Virus record (IMG/VR): IMGVR_UViG_3300023096_000001
Location: 6,134 to 70,133 of that record
Strand: one strand, 5' to 3'
DNA length: 64,000 nucleotides
Source: a virus
Part shown: one piece after another, positions 33,677-43,055 of the stretch
How positions within the stretch are numbered: the first letter of the stretch is position 1
Layout of the letters: each line of letters starts with the position of its first letter
Notes under the pieces: generated by a model
The model's database searches: none
Seen by the model: the letters and a program-made list of their open reading frames with translations, nothing else
Told to the model about the DNA's origin: nothing
Program-made: the position numbers and the translations under genes

Positions 33677-36226
33677 ATGCAATTCGATCAGCAAGACTTT
33701 TATGACGAACTAACGCAGATCAAGATTACCGACGACGGGACGTTCCCTGGCAAGCGTAAACGCGTTCTGGATGCACCTTTGCTGGTATGGAAGCCGGAAT
33801 ACGAAAAAGACGACACGCTGTTTCTGAACCAGATTCAGCAGATCAGCGACACGATGCTGTTTAACGAGTCGGGTATCTACGACGATGACAACCCGAACAC
33901 ACCCCATCTTTTTGATGTCGCCAAGGGAAAGATCAACCCGAAGGATTATATCGCCGCAGAGATGGCGTATGGGTATAAGGGGTTAACCCCGGTCCGTGAC
34001 AATCACTTCTTTTACTCTGCAAAATCGCACACGTTAGGCGAGATCGTGAAGCAGCCGTTTAAATATACCGTGCGCAACATTAGCATGGAGTTTACCGACA
34101 AAAAGCTCCGTGAAGACAGAAAGAATGCAAAGGCGCTGATGAAAACGATGCTTGCGCAGCAGCTTGCTTCAGAGGATGGCGTGAATGCAGAATTTCTGGC
34201 AGATAAAAATATCAGTTTAGCTGCTCCGGTCGATGAGCTTTTAGGCAGACTCTTCCCGAGGGAAAAAATGGAGCTTATCCTTTTTAAGCTTTTGGGGCAT
34301 ATCGATAACGAGCAAAACCTTTTGATGTTGGCTCGGGACTGTTTCGATAATAAGTTTGACATCAATTCGGAATTCGCCTTTGTAGATGTAGTGAATGGAG
34401 AGGTGGTTGTAAAGCACGTACACCCTTCGAACGTGCGTATGCTAGCGAAAAGAGGGGTGAGAACCTTCGAAGACCCAGGAGTCAATGCAGTGAGTGTGCT
34501 GGATTACTTAACCATGACCGAGATCATGGATGAATATGGGGAGGCGCTGGACACAGGCACCGGTGCTAGAGGACTGTTAGAAGCCGCGAAAAAACTAAGC
34601 AAAGGCGAGACATTCAATTACGACCCTGCTAGGCCCTACTTCTCCGAATATTACCGCACCAATATTTTAACCTCCGTAGCGCATGACTTTAATCAGGGCG
34701 ATCCTAAATTCGGCAGAGCTGACTACTTCAACAATATCTTTTATCCATTTCGCAAAGGCGCTTATTCTTTAACGAATACCATCTTAAAACAGCGCATGTT
34801 TTTCAAGGTTGCTGTGCCGAAGCGTTATCTGGTGGAGATCAATGGTAAAGCGACAACCGCAAAAGAAGTAGAAAAATGGCGCAAAAGCATTGATGACGAC
34901 CGCAGTATGCAGGTGGAGTTTATCGAGCTGGATCCGAACCAGAAACCGCCCAAAGGGTATACAGAGGACAAACACAAGCAGGAGGTCTGGGAGGCTACGC
35001 GTATTGGGCATGGCACTCTTTTGAATGTGGGCCGGTATAAGTATGCTGCGGAGAAGAAAAGCAAAGAGCGGTATGTAGGCTATCCGATCATTGGTCAGAT
35101 CAGCCGGGAAAAATCTTTGGTACTGGTGGGTGAGAATGTTGCCCGCATGGTGAACACCATTTACAACCGTATTGAAGAGATTATCAACCTTTCGGGGCTC
35201 AGCACAGCGCTTTTAATTGATGAAGCGATCATTGGCTCAGGGCATGCGAAAGACGCCATATACAGCGCAAAAAAGGCCGGCATCTTGATGTACAATTCCT
35301 CGAAGATGGTGGGCGCAAACCCTTTCACGCAAAAGCATTTGACGATGCTGGAGATGGGAAACCACATCGCAGAGGTAAACAACATGTTCTTTTTGATTGG
35401 CACACTGACGGAAGGCTACAACCGGATCATTGGCACAAGTGAGCAGGTGCAAGGAATCTCTAAACCGTATGAGTCAGGGGCGAAACAGCAGATGAATGTG
35501 GCCGCTCAGAGTCAATTGAAGGTAGAGAAATTCTATGAGCACAATCTTTTCATGAACCAAGTGCTTCAAAGAACTGGTGACGTAGCGAAGTTTGTTTACT
35601 CCCGCGAAGGGTATATCAATGTGGCTTTAACCGATGGCGAGCGTGAGTTTTTAAAGTTGAGCAAAGACTTGCATTTGGCAGATTTTGATATTAAATTAGA
35701 GTCTGGTGCGGCACTGAAAGACAAGAAGGCTATCCTTGATTCTGCCGTGATGCAGGTGCTTTCTTCGGGCGGTATTGACATGCTGGAACCTTTGATCAAT
35801 ATCCTGTACACAGAAAACCCGGCAGAGGCGCTGTCTATTTTGAGAAAAGCAAAAGAGGATTTACAGGCAGCAGGTCAGGCTCAACAGCAACAAGCGGCGC
35901 AGGCGCAGCAAATCCAAGCACAGGTCCAACAGGAGAAAAATCAGGTTCCGGTACAGGTAGCACAAGTAAACGCACAATCCGCAGACAATGTGCAGCGCTT
36001 AAAGTCCGAAGAACAGCGTTTGCGTGAAGATGCTAAAGGTGATCTTAATGACATCAACAACAGTAATAAAGTGCAGGATAGACTGCTTGAGCATGAGCTG
36101 CAAGGGGATGACCGTCAAAGACAGGCTTCTTTGGAGGCGCAGTTAGAGCAGCTTCGTGCCGAGAACGAGATGCTTAAAAATATGAGCACACAGCCGCGGC
36201 AAAATAGTCCAGAACCACCACAATAA
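33677..36226 (+). CDS. portal protein, crAss-like
   Basis: 849 aa; LGEIVKQPFKY, DVVNGEVVVKHVHP, WEATRIG segments match the crAss-like portal pattern; Q-rich tail. Confidence 0.85.
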   Translation: MQFDQQDFYDELTQIKITDDGTFPGKRKRVLDAPLLVWKPEYEKDDTLFLNQIQQISDTMLFNESGIYDDDNPNTPHLFDVAKGKINPKDYIAAEMAYGYKGLTPVRDNHFFYSAKSHTLGEIVKQPFKYTVRNISMEFTDKKLREDRKNAKALMKTMLAQQLASEDGVNAEFLADKNISLAAPVDELLGRLFPREKMELILFKLLGHIDNEQNLLMLARDCFDNKFDINSEFAFVDVVNGEVVVKHVHPSNVRMLAKRGVRTFEDPGVNAVSVLDYLTMTEIMDEYGEALDTGTGARGLLEAAKKLSKGETFNYDPARPYFSEYYRTNILTSVAHDFNQGDPKFGRADYFNNIFYPFRKGAYSLTNTILKQRMFFKVAVPKRYLVEINGKATTAKEVEKWRKSIDDDRSMQVEFIELDPNQKPPKGYTEDKHKQEVWEATRIGHGTLLNVGRYKYAAEKKSKERYVGYPIIGQISREKSLVLVGENVARMVNTIYNRIEEIINLSGLSTALLIDEAIIGSGHAKDAIYSAKKAGILMYNSSKMVGANPFTQKHLTMLEMGNHIAEVNNMFFLIGTLTEGYNRIIGTSEQVQGISKPYESGAKQQMNVAAQSQLKVEKFYEHNLFMNQVLQRTGDVAKFVYSREGYINVALTDGEREFLKLSKDLHLADFDIKLESGAALKDKKAILDSAVMQVLSSGGIDMLEPLINILYTENPAEALSILRKAKEDLQAAGQAQQQQAAQAQQIQAQVQQEKNQVPVQVAQVNAQSADNVQRLKSEEQRLREDAKGDLNDINNSNKVQDRLLEHELQGDDRQRQASLEAQLEQLRAENEMLKNMSTQPRQNSPEPPQ

Positions 36227-36237
36227 CGCGATAACCC

Positions 36238-36396
36238 ATGGCAAAAGGATACAAAAGATTCACGGCTAAACACGGACAAAAGCGCCCGGAGAAGCCTTTG
36301 GAAGAAACGCCTGAAAAGGATGTTTTTGATAGTATCTCTGAAAAGCAGAATGCTAAAGGAATTGAGGACTTTTTCGAACCAACTAAAAATTATTGA
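36238..36396 (+). CDS. small charged protein (52 aa)
   Basis: Read by hand: MAKGYKRFTAKHGQKRPEKPLEE...; fills gap. Confidence 0.45.
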   Translation: MAKGYKRFTAKHGQKRPEKPLEETPEKDVFDSISEKQNAKGIEDFFEPTKNY

Positions 36397-36398
36397 CC

Positions 36399-37043
36399 AT
36401 GACGGTTCACATCGACCCTCTTACTGGACAACCTCTTTTCATTATGGATCAAATCATGATGATTGAAGTGTTCAGAAATATTTATGAAGAGTTCGGAATT
36501 CATGGCATTTATTATTGCGTATTCTTTGGCTGGGCAGCAAGTCCCTATGCTTCGATCACAAACATTCAAGAGAAACACGAACTCGTGAGCGATGAAGTAA
36601 ATAACTCTAAATACTATGATCCTGTAACAAAAACAGATGAGAGGCGTTCTAAAAGAGCTGTGCCTTGTCCATTGCCTCCTACACCTTTGGTGATCGGGTC
36701 TAATAATAAGCCCATTCCGAAGTCGGATCGAGAAAAGAAAGAAGATGAACGCATTGCGATGATTATAAAAGGCTGTAACCGGGTGAATAAGCTCGCTAGG
36801 GTGCCGGTCTTAGAAAGTAAGATTCAATACATGGCAATTATTGACCGCATCTGGGACGGCTTAAAACAGCCCTTTGACGGAAGAGACCTTGCAAAAGCTA
36901 AAGACGGAGCAGCTCTTCAAAAGCTTCTTTTAGGAAACAGAAAGGATGCAGAAAATAACCTTGAAGATGTACTACGTCAAGAAAGAGAAATACTCACGAA
37001 AGCCGACACCATGGCTTCTTTAAACGACTTTTGGTTGAGCTGA
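36399..37043 (+). CDS. putative terminase small subunit, crAss-like
   Basis: VFRNIYEE...IYYCVFFG..ASPY pattern, helical C-terminus; ATG 36399. Confidence 0.45.
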   Translation: MTVHIDPLTGQPLFIMDQIMMIEVFRNIYEEFGIHGIYYCVFFGWAASPYASITNIQEKHELVSDEVNNSKYYDPVTKTDERRSKRAVPCPLPPTPLVIGSNNKPIPKSDREKKEDERIAMIIKGCNRVNKLARVPVLESKIQYMAIIDRIWDGLKQPFDGRDLAKAKDGAALQKLLLGNRKDAENNLEDVLRQEREILTKADTMASLNDFWLS

Positions 37044-37762
37044 TGGCATCATTTAAATTTCCGAAAACAAATCCTGAATCGATACGCGGTATGGCGTATG
37101 CAATCCGAAACGAAATCTCGGGCGGAATTGCTGTGGATGACAACCGCTTTTCGATACGTCAGATCGAGATGGAGATACGCCATACAGCAGCACTCCTTCA
37201 AAAACAGGAGGACTTGGCGAATGAGGCGCTTGGAATATTACCTTCCGAAGCACGTGCGACGCCTTATCCTTGCATTCCGATGATTGACAGCAAGCAATTC
37301 AAATGCAAGTGTACGAAGTCGGGAGGACGGTTTAAAGAGGCATCCATTCCGAAAATGTATGACTGGAGAGGACATTCCTTGATTTACTATGTAGGAAATA
37401 CAGACCTTGATATGGAATTTGTTCCATTAACAAGTATCTTTGAGATCAACGCATTAGGAGAGGATCTTAATAAGCCTACTTACTTTATTCTGGGACAGAA
37501 AATATTTGTATCGCTTCCGAAAAAGTATGCCTTGATGTGTGAGATCACTGTAATAGGTGTGCCGGAAGATCCGACTGCAACGAGTGGCAAATGTTTCGAT
37601 GTATGGAATATCGCCTGGAATGCGCCGGGTCACATCAAGGCTCTGACAAAGGAGCGTGTAATGCAGACGATGGGAAGTACATTCCTTCAGACGGGTCAGT
37701 CAAGAGATATTCGCAACAATGGACAGGCAGGAAATCAAGTAGTCACAACACAAACCGCATAG
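37043..37762 (+). CDS. tail ring (head-tail adaptor) protein, crAss-like
   Basis: DDNRFSIRQIEMEIRH.AALL and ITVIGVPEDP. Confidence 0.7.
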   Translation: MASFKFPKTNPESIRGMAYAIRNEISGGIAVDDNRFSIRQIEMEIRHTAALLQKQEDLANEALGILPSEARATPYPCIPMIDSKQFKCKCTKSGGRFKEASIPKMYDWRGHSLIYYVGNTDLDMEFVPLTSIFEINALGEDLNKPTYFILGQKIFVSLPKKYALMCEITVIGVPEDPTATSGKCFDVWNIAWNAPGHIKALTKERVMQTMGSTFLQTGQSRDIRNNGQAGNQVVTTQTA

Positions 37763-37787
37763 AGATGAAATCTTTTAAAGATATTAT

Positions 37788-37994
37788 ATGGTAGTTGCAG
37801 AAGCAGTAAGGCTTTTACAAGAGATGCCTCAGCATTTAGAGCTTCTTTTGGATTGCTCTAGAGGTGGCGATAAGGGATTTGTATTCAAGCAACCTGAAAA
37901 TATTGATGTTGTTCAAGACCCAACGGATGATAACCGTGAATTTGTTTTGATTGGCACATTCGGAGAAAAACCTGATTTGGATAATTTAAATTAA
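37788..37994 (+). CDS. small hypothetical protein inserted in tail operon
   Basis: 68 aa ORF. Confidence 0.5.
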   Translation: MVVAEAVRLLQEMPQHLELLLDCSRGGDKGFVFKQPENIDVVQDPTDDNREFVLIGTFGEKPDLDNLN

Positions 37995-38005
37995 ACGAAC
38001 CACCT

Positions 38006-38287
38006 ATGAAACGATTAGATTTTTTAAAGTCCTTGATAGGCATTCCTGTTGCAGCTAAAGTTTTAACCCAACCTGAAGAGGTTGACATGAAAAAGATTTT
38101 GCGTCAGGCGAAGAAAGCTGAGATTGTATTCTATACGCCAATTTCTAGTGAAGGATCTCACTTTGAGGTATTACCTAATGGTAATGTAAGGTTAAGTATT
38201 CCTAACGTGCTGAATCAAGATCAGGGAAGATATATTGAATGTATCGATGAAAGCGGTATCGTGCCGCCACAAACAATAAAGCTTTGA
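38006..38287 (+). CDS. small hypothetical protein inserted in tail operon
   Basis: 93 aa; MKRLDFLKSLIGIPVAAK signal-like N-terminus. Confidence 0.5.
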   Translation: MKRLDFLKSLIGIPVAAKVLTQPEEVDMKKILRQAKKAEIVFYTPISSEGSHFEVLPNGNVRLSIPNVLNQDQGRYIECIDESGIVPPQTIKL

Positions 38288-38919
38288 AAACATACAGCCT
38301 TGAATATTTGATGTCTCAGGTGAATAAAACCATCATGGCGCCTTCGCCGGAGTCTATCCGTATCGGGGTGATGACAGGGGTGCGTCAAGTATTCAGAAAG
38401 ATTGGCATTCATTTGGTTTGCGGATTCAACCCCGACGAAGAAATTCAGATTACCGAAAATAAATTCAGAATACCGGATAAGGTAATCTCCATTGAGAATG
38501 TGTTCGATTCGCCTCATCAATGGGAGCACTATCAATCCTATCATACGTTAGGCACGCGTTCTCGGGATCATGACGGATATAAGGTCAATGCCGGATTGTA
38601 CACCGGGAAAAGGCTTGCTTACAGGGAGACCCCTTTAGAGCTTTACTTCCCGAACCTCAGACAAGGGACTGCTTACATGGCGTGTCATTATTTGTATGAA
38701 GACCAAGACGGAGAAATCATGATCCCGGAGATTGTGTACATGGCATGTCTTCAATATTGCAGCTATTTACTGCTGGATATGAGTAACAACCCGCGTAATC
38801 CGAAGTGGCAAGAAAGGTTGATTATGAAGCAAAATGCAGATCAGGCGATTCTTGAAGCGAGAGGCGACATTAATCAAACAAAGACAAGCGATCACAAAAC
38901 AGCACGATTTTTAAGATAA
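38284..38919 (+). CDS. tail ring protein, crAss-like
   Basis: DQDGEIMIPE...ACLQYC motif; directly upstream of muzzle. Confidence 0.65.
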   Translation: MKTYSLEYLMSQVNKTIMAPSPESIRIGVMTGVRQVFRKIGIHLVCGFNPDEEIQITENKFRIPDKVISIENVFDSPHQWEHYQSYHTLGTRSRDHDGYKVNAGLYTGKRLAYRETPLELYFPNLRQGTAYMACHYLYEDQDGEIMIPEIVYMACLQYCSYLLLDMSNNPRNPKWQERLIMKQNADQAILEARGDINQTKTSDHKTARFLR

Positions 38920-38922
38920 TTA

Positions 38923-41900
38923 ATGGCATCATCGCAAACCTTTACGAATACATTTGTCGGCGGCATGATCTCTACGATCGATCCGCACGAGCAGCCTAAT
39001 TCCACTTACCGTTATGCCATCGGAGGAAGGCTGAGTTATAATCGCACGGATGATCCCAATCAGACTTTAGATGAGAATGTAAAAAATGGAAAGACACGCG
39101 CGTTTAGCAATGCAAAAGGAAATTCTTTTTCGTTTACACTGTGTCAGGGCTATCAACCCATCGGTAGTGTAGAAACGACAAAAGGCGCTGTCATTTTTTC
39201 AACTAACGGGACCAACTCTGAGATCGGGTTTTTAACGGTCAATGACAATATTTACAAAGAAGGATACGCGAAATACATCACGCTTTACAACGACAGATCC
39301 GATCCAAATGCGGATTTTTTGCATTTTAACATCGATAAGTACATCCACGGATTTAGCGTTTACGAAAACGAGTTTATCGAACGGGTGTACTGGGTAGACG
39401 GATACAACCAAAAGAGGGTAATTAATTTACCGTTATTCTATAAAGAAGACGGCTCAACGTGGCATAACCAAGGCAGTTGTACTTCAACCTCAAATTATCC
39501 AAAGTATTTGAGTGCGCATGCAATGGACGACCGGATGGATTTAACTTTCCCAAAGGTTAAATTTTGGAAGCGTATTCCTGGAAGATTAAAGAGCGGGCAG
39601 TATCAGGTGGCTGTGCAGTATGTCAGCAAGACAGGGCACACTAGCGTTTGGAGTACATTGACAAGACCTGTATGGGTAACAACGGCAAAATTGGATGGGA
39701 ACATCACTATTGCGGATACAACCTATCAAAATGCCTATAAAGCGAATCATCACAACCGGTTTATGTCTGTCTCGAATGTGATGACCGAAGAAGGTCTTGC
39801 ATTCACGATAGAGCAGATCGATCCACGCTGGGATCAAATCAGGGTGTGTTATTCTTACAGCGTATCGCCGGATGCTTTTCAGGAAGCGAATGTATTCAGA
39901 ACCTATGATATTACCAATACGACACTTGTTTTAGAGCTAAATTCTCATACAGGTGTAGGCTTGTCTTTGGACGAATTAAATCAGCGCTTTGAAACGGTCT
40001 TGGTGACAGGGGCCACTGCGCAGCAGGAATCCCGTTCGTGGGATGCTGATCTAGAGACGTTACCTGATTTAACGCTGGACTTGAGAAGTGTGAAGGTAGA
40101 TGCTACTTTTCGGTATTACAAGCCAGACCACACCTTAGATCAAGAGTTTGCTCCGTTATTTAACCCGGTCTCAGGACGCAATGACAATGATCCGTTGACA
40201 AATACCGCTCCAACAAATAAAACCATTAAGACGGTTAATTTTACAGGAGATGAAGAGACGTATGCGATTGTCGATGATTATGAGTCTTACAAGGGACAAC
40301 TTTTTAGTCACTTGTTTAAGGGGTATTTCCGAGGGGAGACGTATGCTTGGGCGGTTGTGTTGATAGATCGAAAGGGAAACCCATTGTTCGCACAGCATAT
40401 TACAGACCAAACATTTCACAATCAATTCGACACAAAAGATGCCGATGGGAATCCGATCGATTATACGCTCAGCCGACAAAACAATGACGGGTCGTATGAT
40501 CTACGGGTAATGGGGGCAAAATTCTCCAATCTGAGAATCCCGCATAGTGTGATGTACGATAAGTTTGGCAAGCTAAATGTGAGCGGGTTTAGTATTGTCA
40601 GAACGAAGCGCATTGAAAGAGTTGCCAATCAAGGGGTGCTGATCAATTGTTATACAACTACCAATGGTACTACAGATACGGATAATGACCGATGGGTTCA
40701 ACCTCACTTGTTTGTTTCCAATCAGTATATGCCTGAATATTGGCCGGGGCAAGTACCTAACAGCCATTTGTATTCGGGCGCAGTGGGATCTAATTATGAG
40801 AAGAAAGGGAATGATGATGCTGAGGAAGGTGGCTTGAATGCCAGTCATTACTTCAACTATTATTCTCCTGACATTCTAATAGAAGGAAAACTTCCCGAGA
40901 ATTATTTATCAGGGGAAATGCAGATGATTGGATTTGGTCATGCAGCCCGCGTTGAAAAAACACCGATTACGGGTAGAAAAAATCATCCTTATACAAAGAA
41001 TTACCGGTCACTTCCTTTGGAGTGGCCTATATACAATAATCTGTTAAAATACGGTCGCCCAAAACTGGGAGACAAGTCGAGAATAAAATTTGCGACCTTG
41101 CATACGCTGGGAAAGTTTGGTATTTACAAAGGAGATACGATACCATTCGACCCAGAGACTTCCGATATTTACGACTTCCGTGCAAACACCTGGGCCACTT
41201 TGTTATGGCAGGGGTATTTTAGCAATGACGGCTCGGGCACCCTGGTTGATTTTGAAGATGTTAATCCTGACAGCCCTTTTAGTGCTTCTCTCATGCCCAA
41301 TGCGGTAATTATGAAGTTATCTGACTTTGAGGCCGTGGATGTGATCGAGAGCCTTCAGTTGAAGTCTACGTACCGGACTTCCAACATGGTTGTTACGCCT
41401 GATAATTATTATACGGCGGATAATACCAGTTCACTGGATGCCCGCAGGTATTTTTCTACGGGGCATTATCAGCCAATCACGCAGGCTGTCCTTGATAAGG
41501 TTAAAAAGAACCTGGATGATCAGGGACAGATTATAGACTATCAATTCGATGGCATAGAGGTTTTCGGAGGCGACTGTTATAATAATTTATTCGACTTTAC
41601 GAGACTTGTTGCAGAGTACAGTGATTGCAATAAATTTAATGGAAAATACCCTTCGTATTCTGTTTCAAATATTATTCCAAACGAAAGTAAGTACAATATT
41701 GCTTTGCTTGCGGGAAGAAGATTTGCTGCGAATGCGGTTTACCCACAGGATGTGGCGTGCGAGAATCAGGACTTACAATTATCGAACGGGATATCCGCTG
41801 ATCAACCGGCAGATTGGAATTATAACGAAGTGCTTCTCTTGGAAGAAAATGCTCAGTTTTTCCTTCCAAAGCCAACGGAGCTAAAGATTGTCACCAAACA

Positions 41901-43053
41901 GCCCAATGTAATACGATTCTCTCCAAGGAAAACACCGGGAGAGCTGGAAGATTCTTACCGTCAAAAGTTGCCTTTGGACTATGGTAATTCACAAGGAGAA
42001 TTCGGACGGATACAACGCTTATTGCCTTCTTTCTCTTATTTGTATGTTCTGCAGGAAAAAGGATTGTTTAGTTTATTGACGCAGTTAGACAGGGCAATAG
42101 CGACTGATACGGGCTCTATCCAAATCTCAAGTGGGTCTGTTTTCTCAGGCGTTCGACCGGTGAGTAAAATTTACGGCACAGCGCACCGAAATTCAGCGTG
42201 GGTGTACAATGACAACCTGGGTTACGTAGATGCGCGTATGGGTAAAATTGTCGTATTTAGCCAGGCGGGTGTTGATCCAGCGAGTGATAACGATTCTATA
42301 TCAGACCCAATCGCTGAAAAGAGTATTTATTTTGACAAGGAAATTTCGCATCAGCCAGGGCGTTTTATAGACATTCTTAGCGGTATTGATATCGAAAACA
42401 ATGAAGTACTGACAACGTTTTTCTTTAAGGGTCTTGAGAATGTATCGACTCCGAATATGTATAACCGGGAAGATGAGTTAAGGACATTCTCGATGATTTA
42501 TAGCAGAGAGACGGGGAACTTTCATGGAGAGTCTTATAATATTGCCCCATTCTATTTCAATATTCGTAGATTCTTGTTAACTTCAAACCCTGTAACAGGC
42601 AAAGAAAGTGAGATATTCCTTTCGAACCATGGACTTTATGGAAGTTATTTCAGAAGTTTCAAGCCGACGATTTTGGAGTTTATTGTTAACCCGGAGCCGC
42701 GTGCAAGAAAAACTTTTGACGTGATTTATTTTAACGTGAACCACGAAGGATGGGAGCGCATTTCGAAGGTGAAGTTCAGGGCGGGAAATAATATCCACGA
42801 GGTGACGCTGGCAGAAATTACCGCAGGCGTGATCACGCATAATGATGACCGGTTTAAATTTGACGGATCCTTGTTGCATGGGCCTTCTAATGAAATCGAC
42901 GACCTGATGCTGAAAGAAAAGTTGAAACATACCTATCTTGTGGTGACTGTAACTATTGACAACGGCATGCAGATGATCGATGCAAAGAATATTCAATGTT
43001 CGTTGACTAATACGGATTTTAAGTTTAGAATCAATTCGCCCAATCAGTTTTAA
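38923..43053 (+). CDS. muzzle/tail stabilisation protein (P22 gp10-like beta-propeller), crAss-like
   Basis: NTFVGGMISTIDP...NSTYRYA N-terminus; ERVYWVDGYNQKRVINL; YFRGETYAWAVVL; 1376 aa. Confidence 0.85.
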   Translation: MASSQTFTNTFVGGMISTIDPHEQPNSTYRYAIGGRLSYNRTDDPNQTLDENVKNGKTRAFSNAKGNSFSFTLCQGYQPIGSVETTKGAVIFSTNGTNSEIGFLTVNDNIYKEGYAKYITLYNDRSDPNADFLHFNIDKYIHGFSVYENEFIERVYWVDGYNQKRVINLPLFYKEDGSTWHNQGSCTSTSNYPKYLSAHAMDDRMDLTFPKVKFWKRIPGRLKSGQYQVAVQYVSKTGHTSVWSTLTRPVWVTTAKLDGNITIADTTYQNAYKANHHNRFMSVSNVMTEEGLAFTIEQIDPRWDQIRVCYSYSVSPDAFQEANVFRTYDITNTTLVLELNSHTGVGLSLDELNQRFETVLVTGATAQQESRSWDADLETLPDLTLDLRSVKVDATFRYYKPDHTLDQEFAPLFNPVSGRNDNDPLTNTAPTNKTIKTVNFTGDEETYAIVDDYESYKGQLFSHLFKGYFRGETYAWAVVLIDRKGNPLFAQHITDQTFHNQFDTKDADGNPIDYTLSRQNNDGSYDLRVMGAKFSNLRIPHSVMYDKFGKLNVSGFSIVRTKRIERVANQGVLINCYTTTNGTTDTDNDRWVQPHLFVSNQYMPEYWPGQVPNSHLYSGAVGSNYEKKGNDDAEEGGLNASHYFNYYSPDILIEGKLPENYLSGEMQMIGFGHAARVEKTPITGRKNHPYTKNYRSLPLEWPIYNNLLKYGRPKLGDKSRIKFATLHTLGKFGIYKGDTIPFDPETSDIYDFRANTWATLLWQGYFSNDGSGTLVDFEDVNPDSPFSASLMPNAVIMKLSDFEAVDVIESLQLKSTYRTSNMVVTPDNYYTADNTSSLDARRYFSTGHYQPITQAVLDKVKKNLDDQGQIIDYQFDGIEVFGGDCYNNLFDFTRLVAEYSDCNKFNGKYPSYSVSNIIPNESKYNIALLAGRRFAANAVYPQDVACENQDLQLSNGISADQPADWNYNEVLLLEENAQFFLPKPTELKIVTKQPNVIRFSPRKTPGELEDSYRQKLPLDYGNSQGEFGRIQRLLPSFSYLYVLQEKGLFSLLTQLDRAIATDTGSIQISSGSVFSGVRPVSKIYGTAHRNSAWVYNDNLGYVDARMGKIVVFSQAGVDPASDNDSISDPIAEKSIYFDKEISHQPGRFIDILSGIDIENNEVLTTFFFKGLENVSTPNMYNREDELRTFSMIYSRETGNFHGESYNIAPFYFNIRRFLLTSNPVTGKESEIFLSNHGLYGSYFRSFKPTILEFIVNPEPRARKTFDVIYFNVNHEGWERISKVKFRAGNNIHEVTLAEITAGVITHNDDRFKFDGSLLHGPSNEIDDLMLKEKLKHTYLVVTVTIDNGMQMIDAKNIQCSLTNTDFKFRINSPNQF

Positions 43054-43055
43054 AG

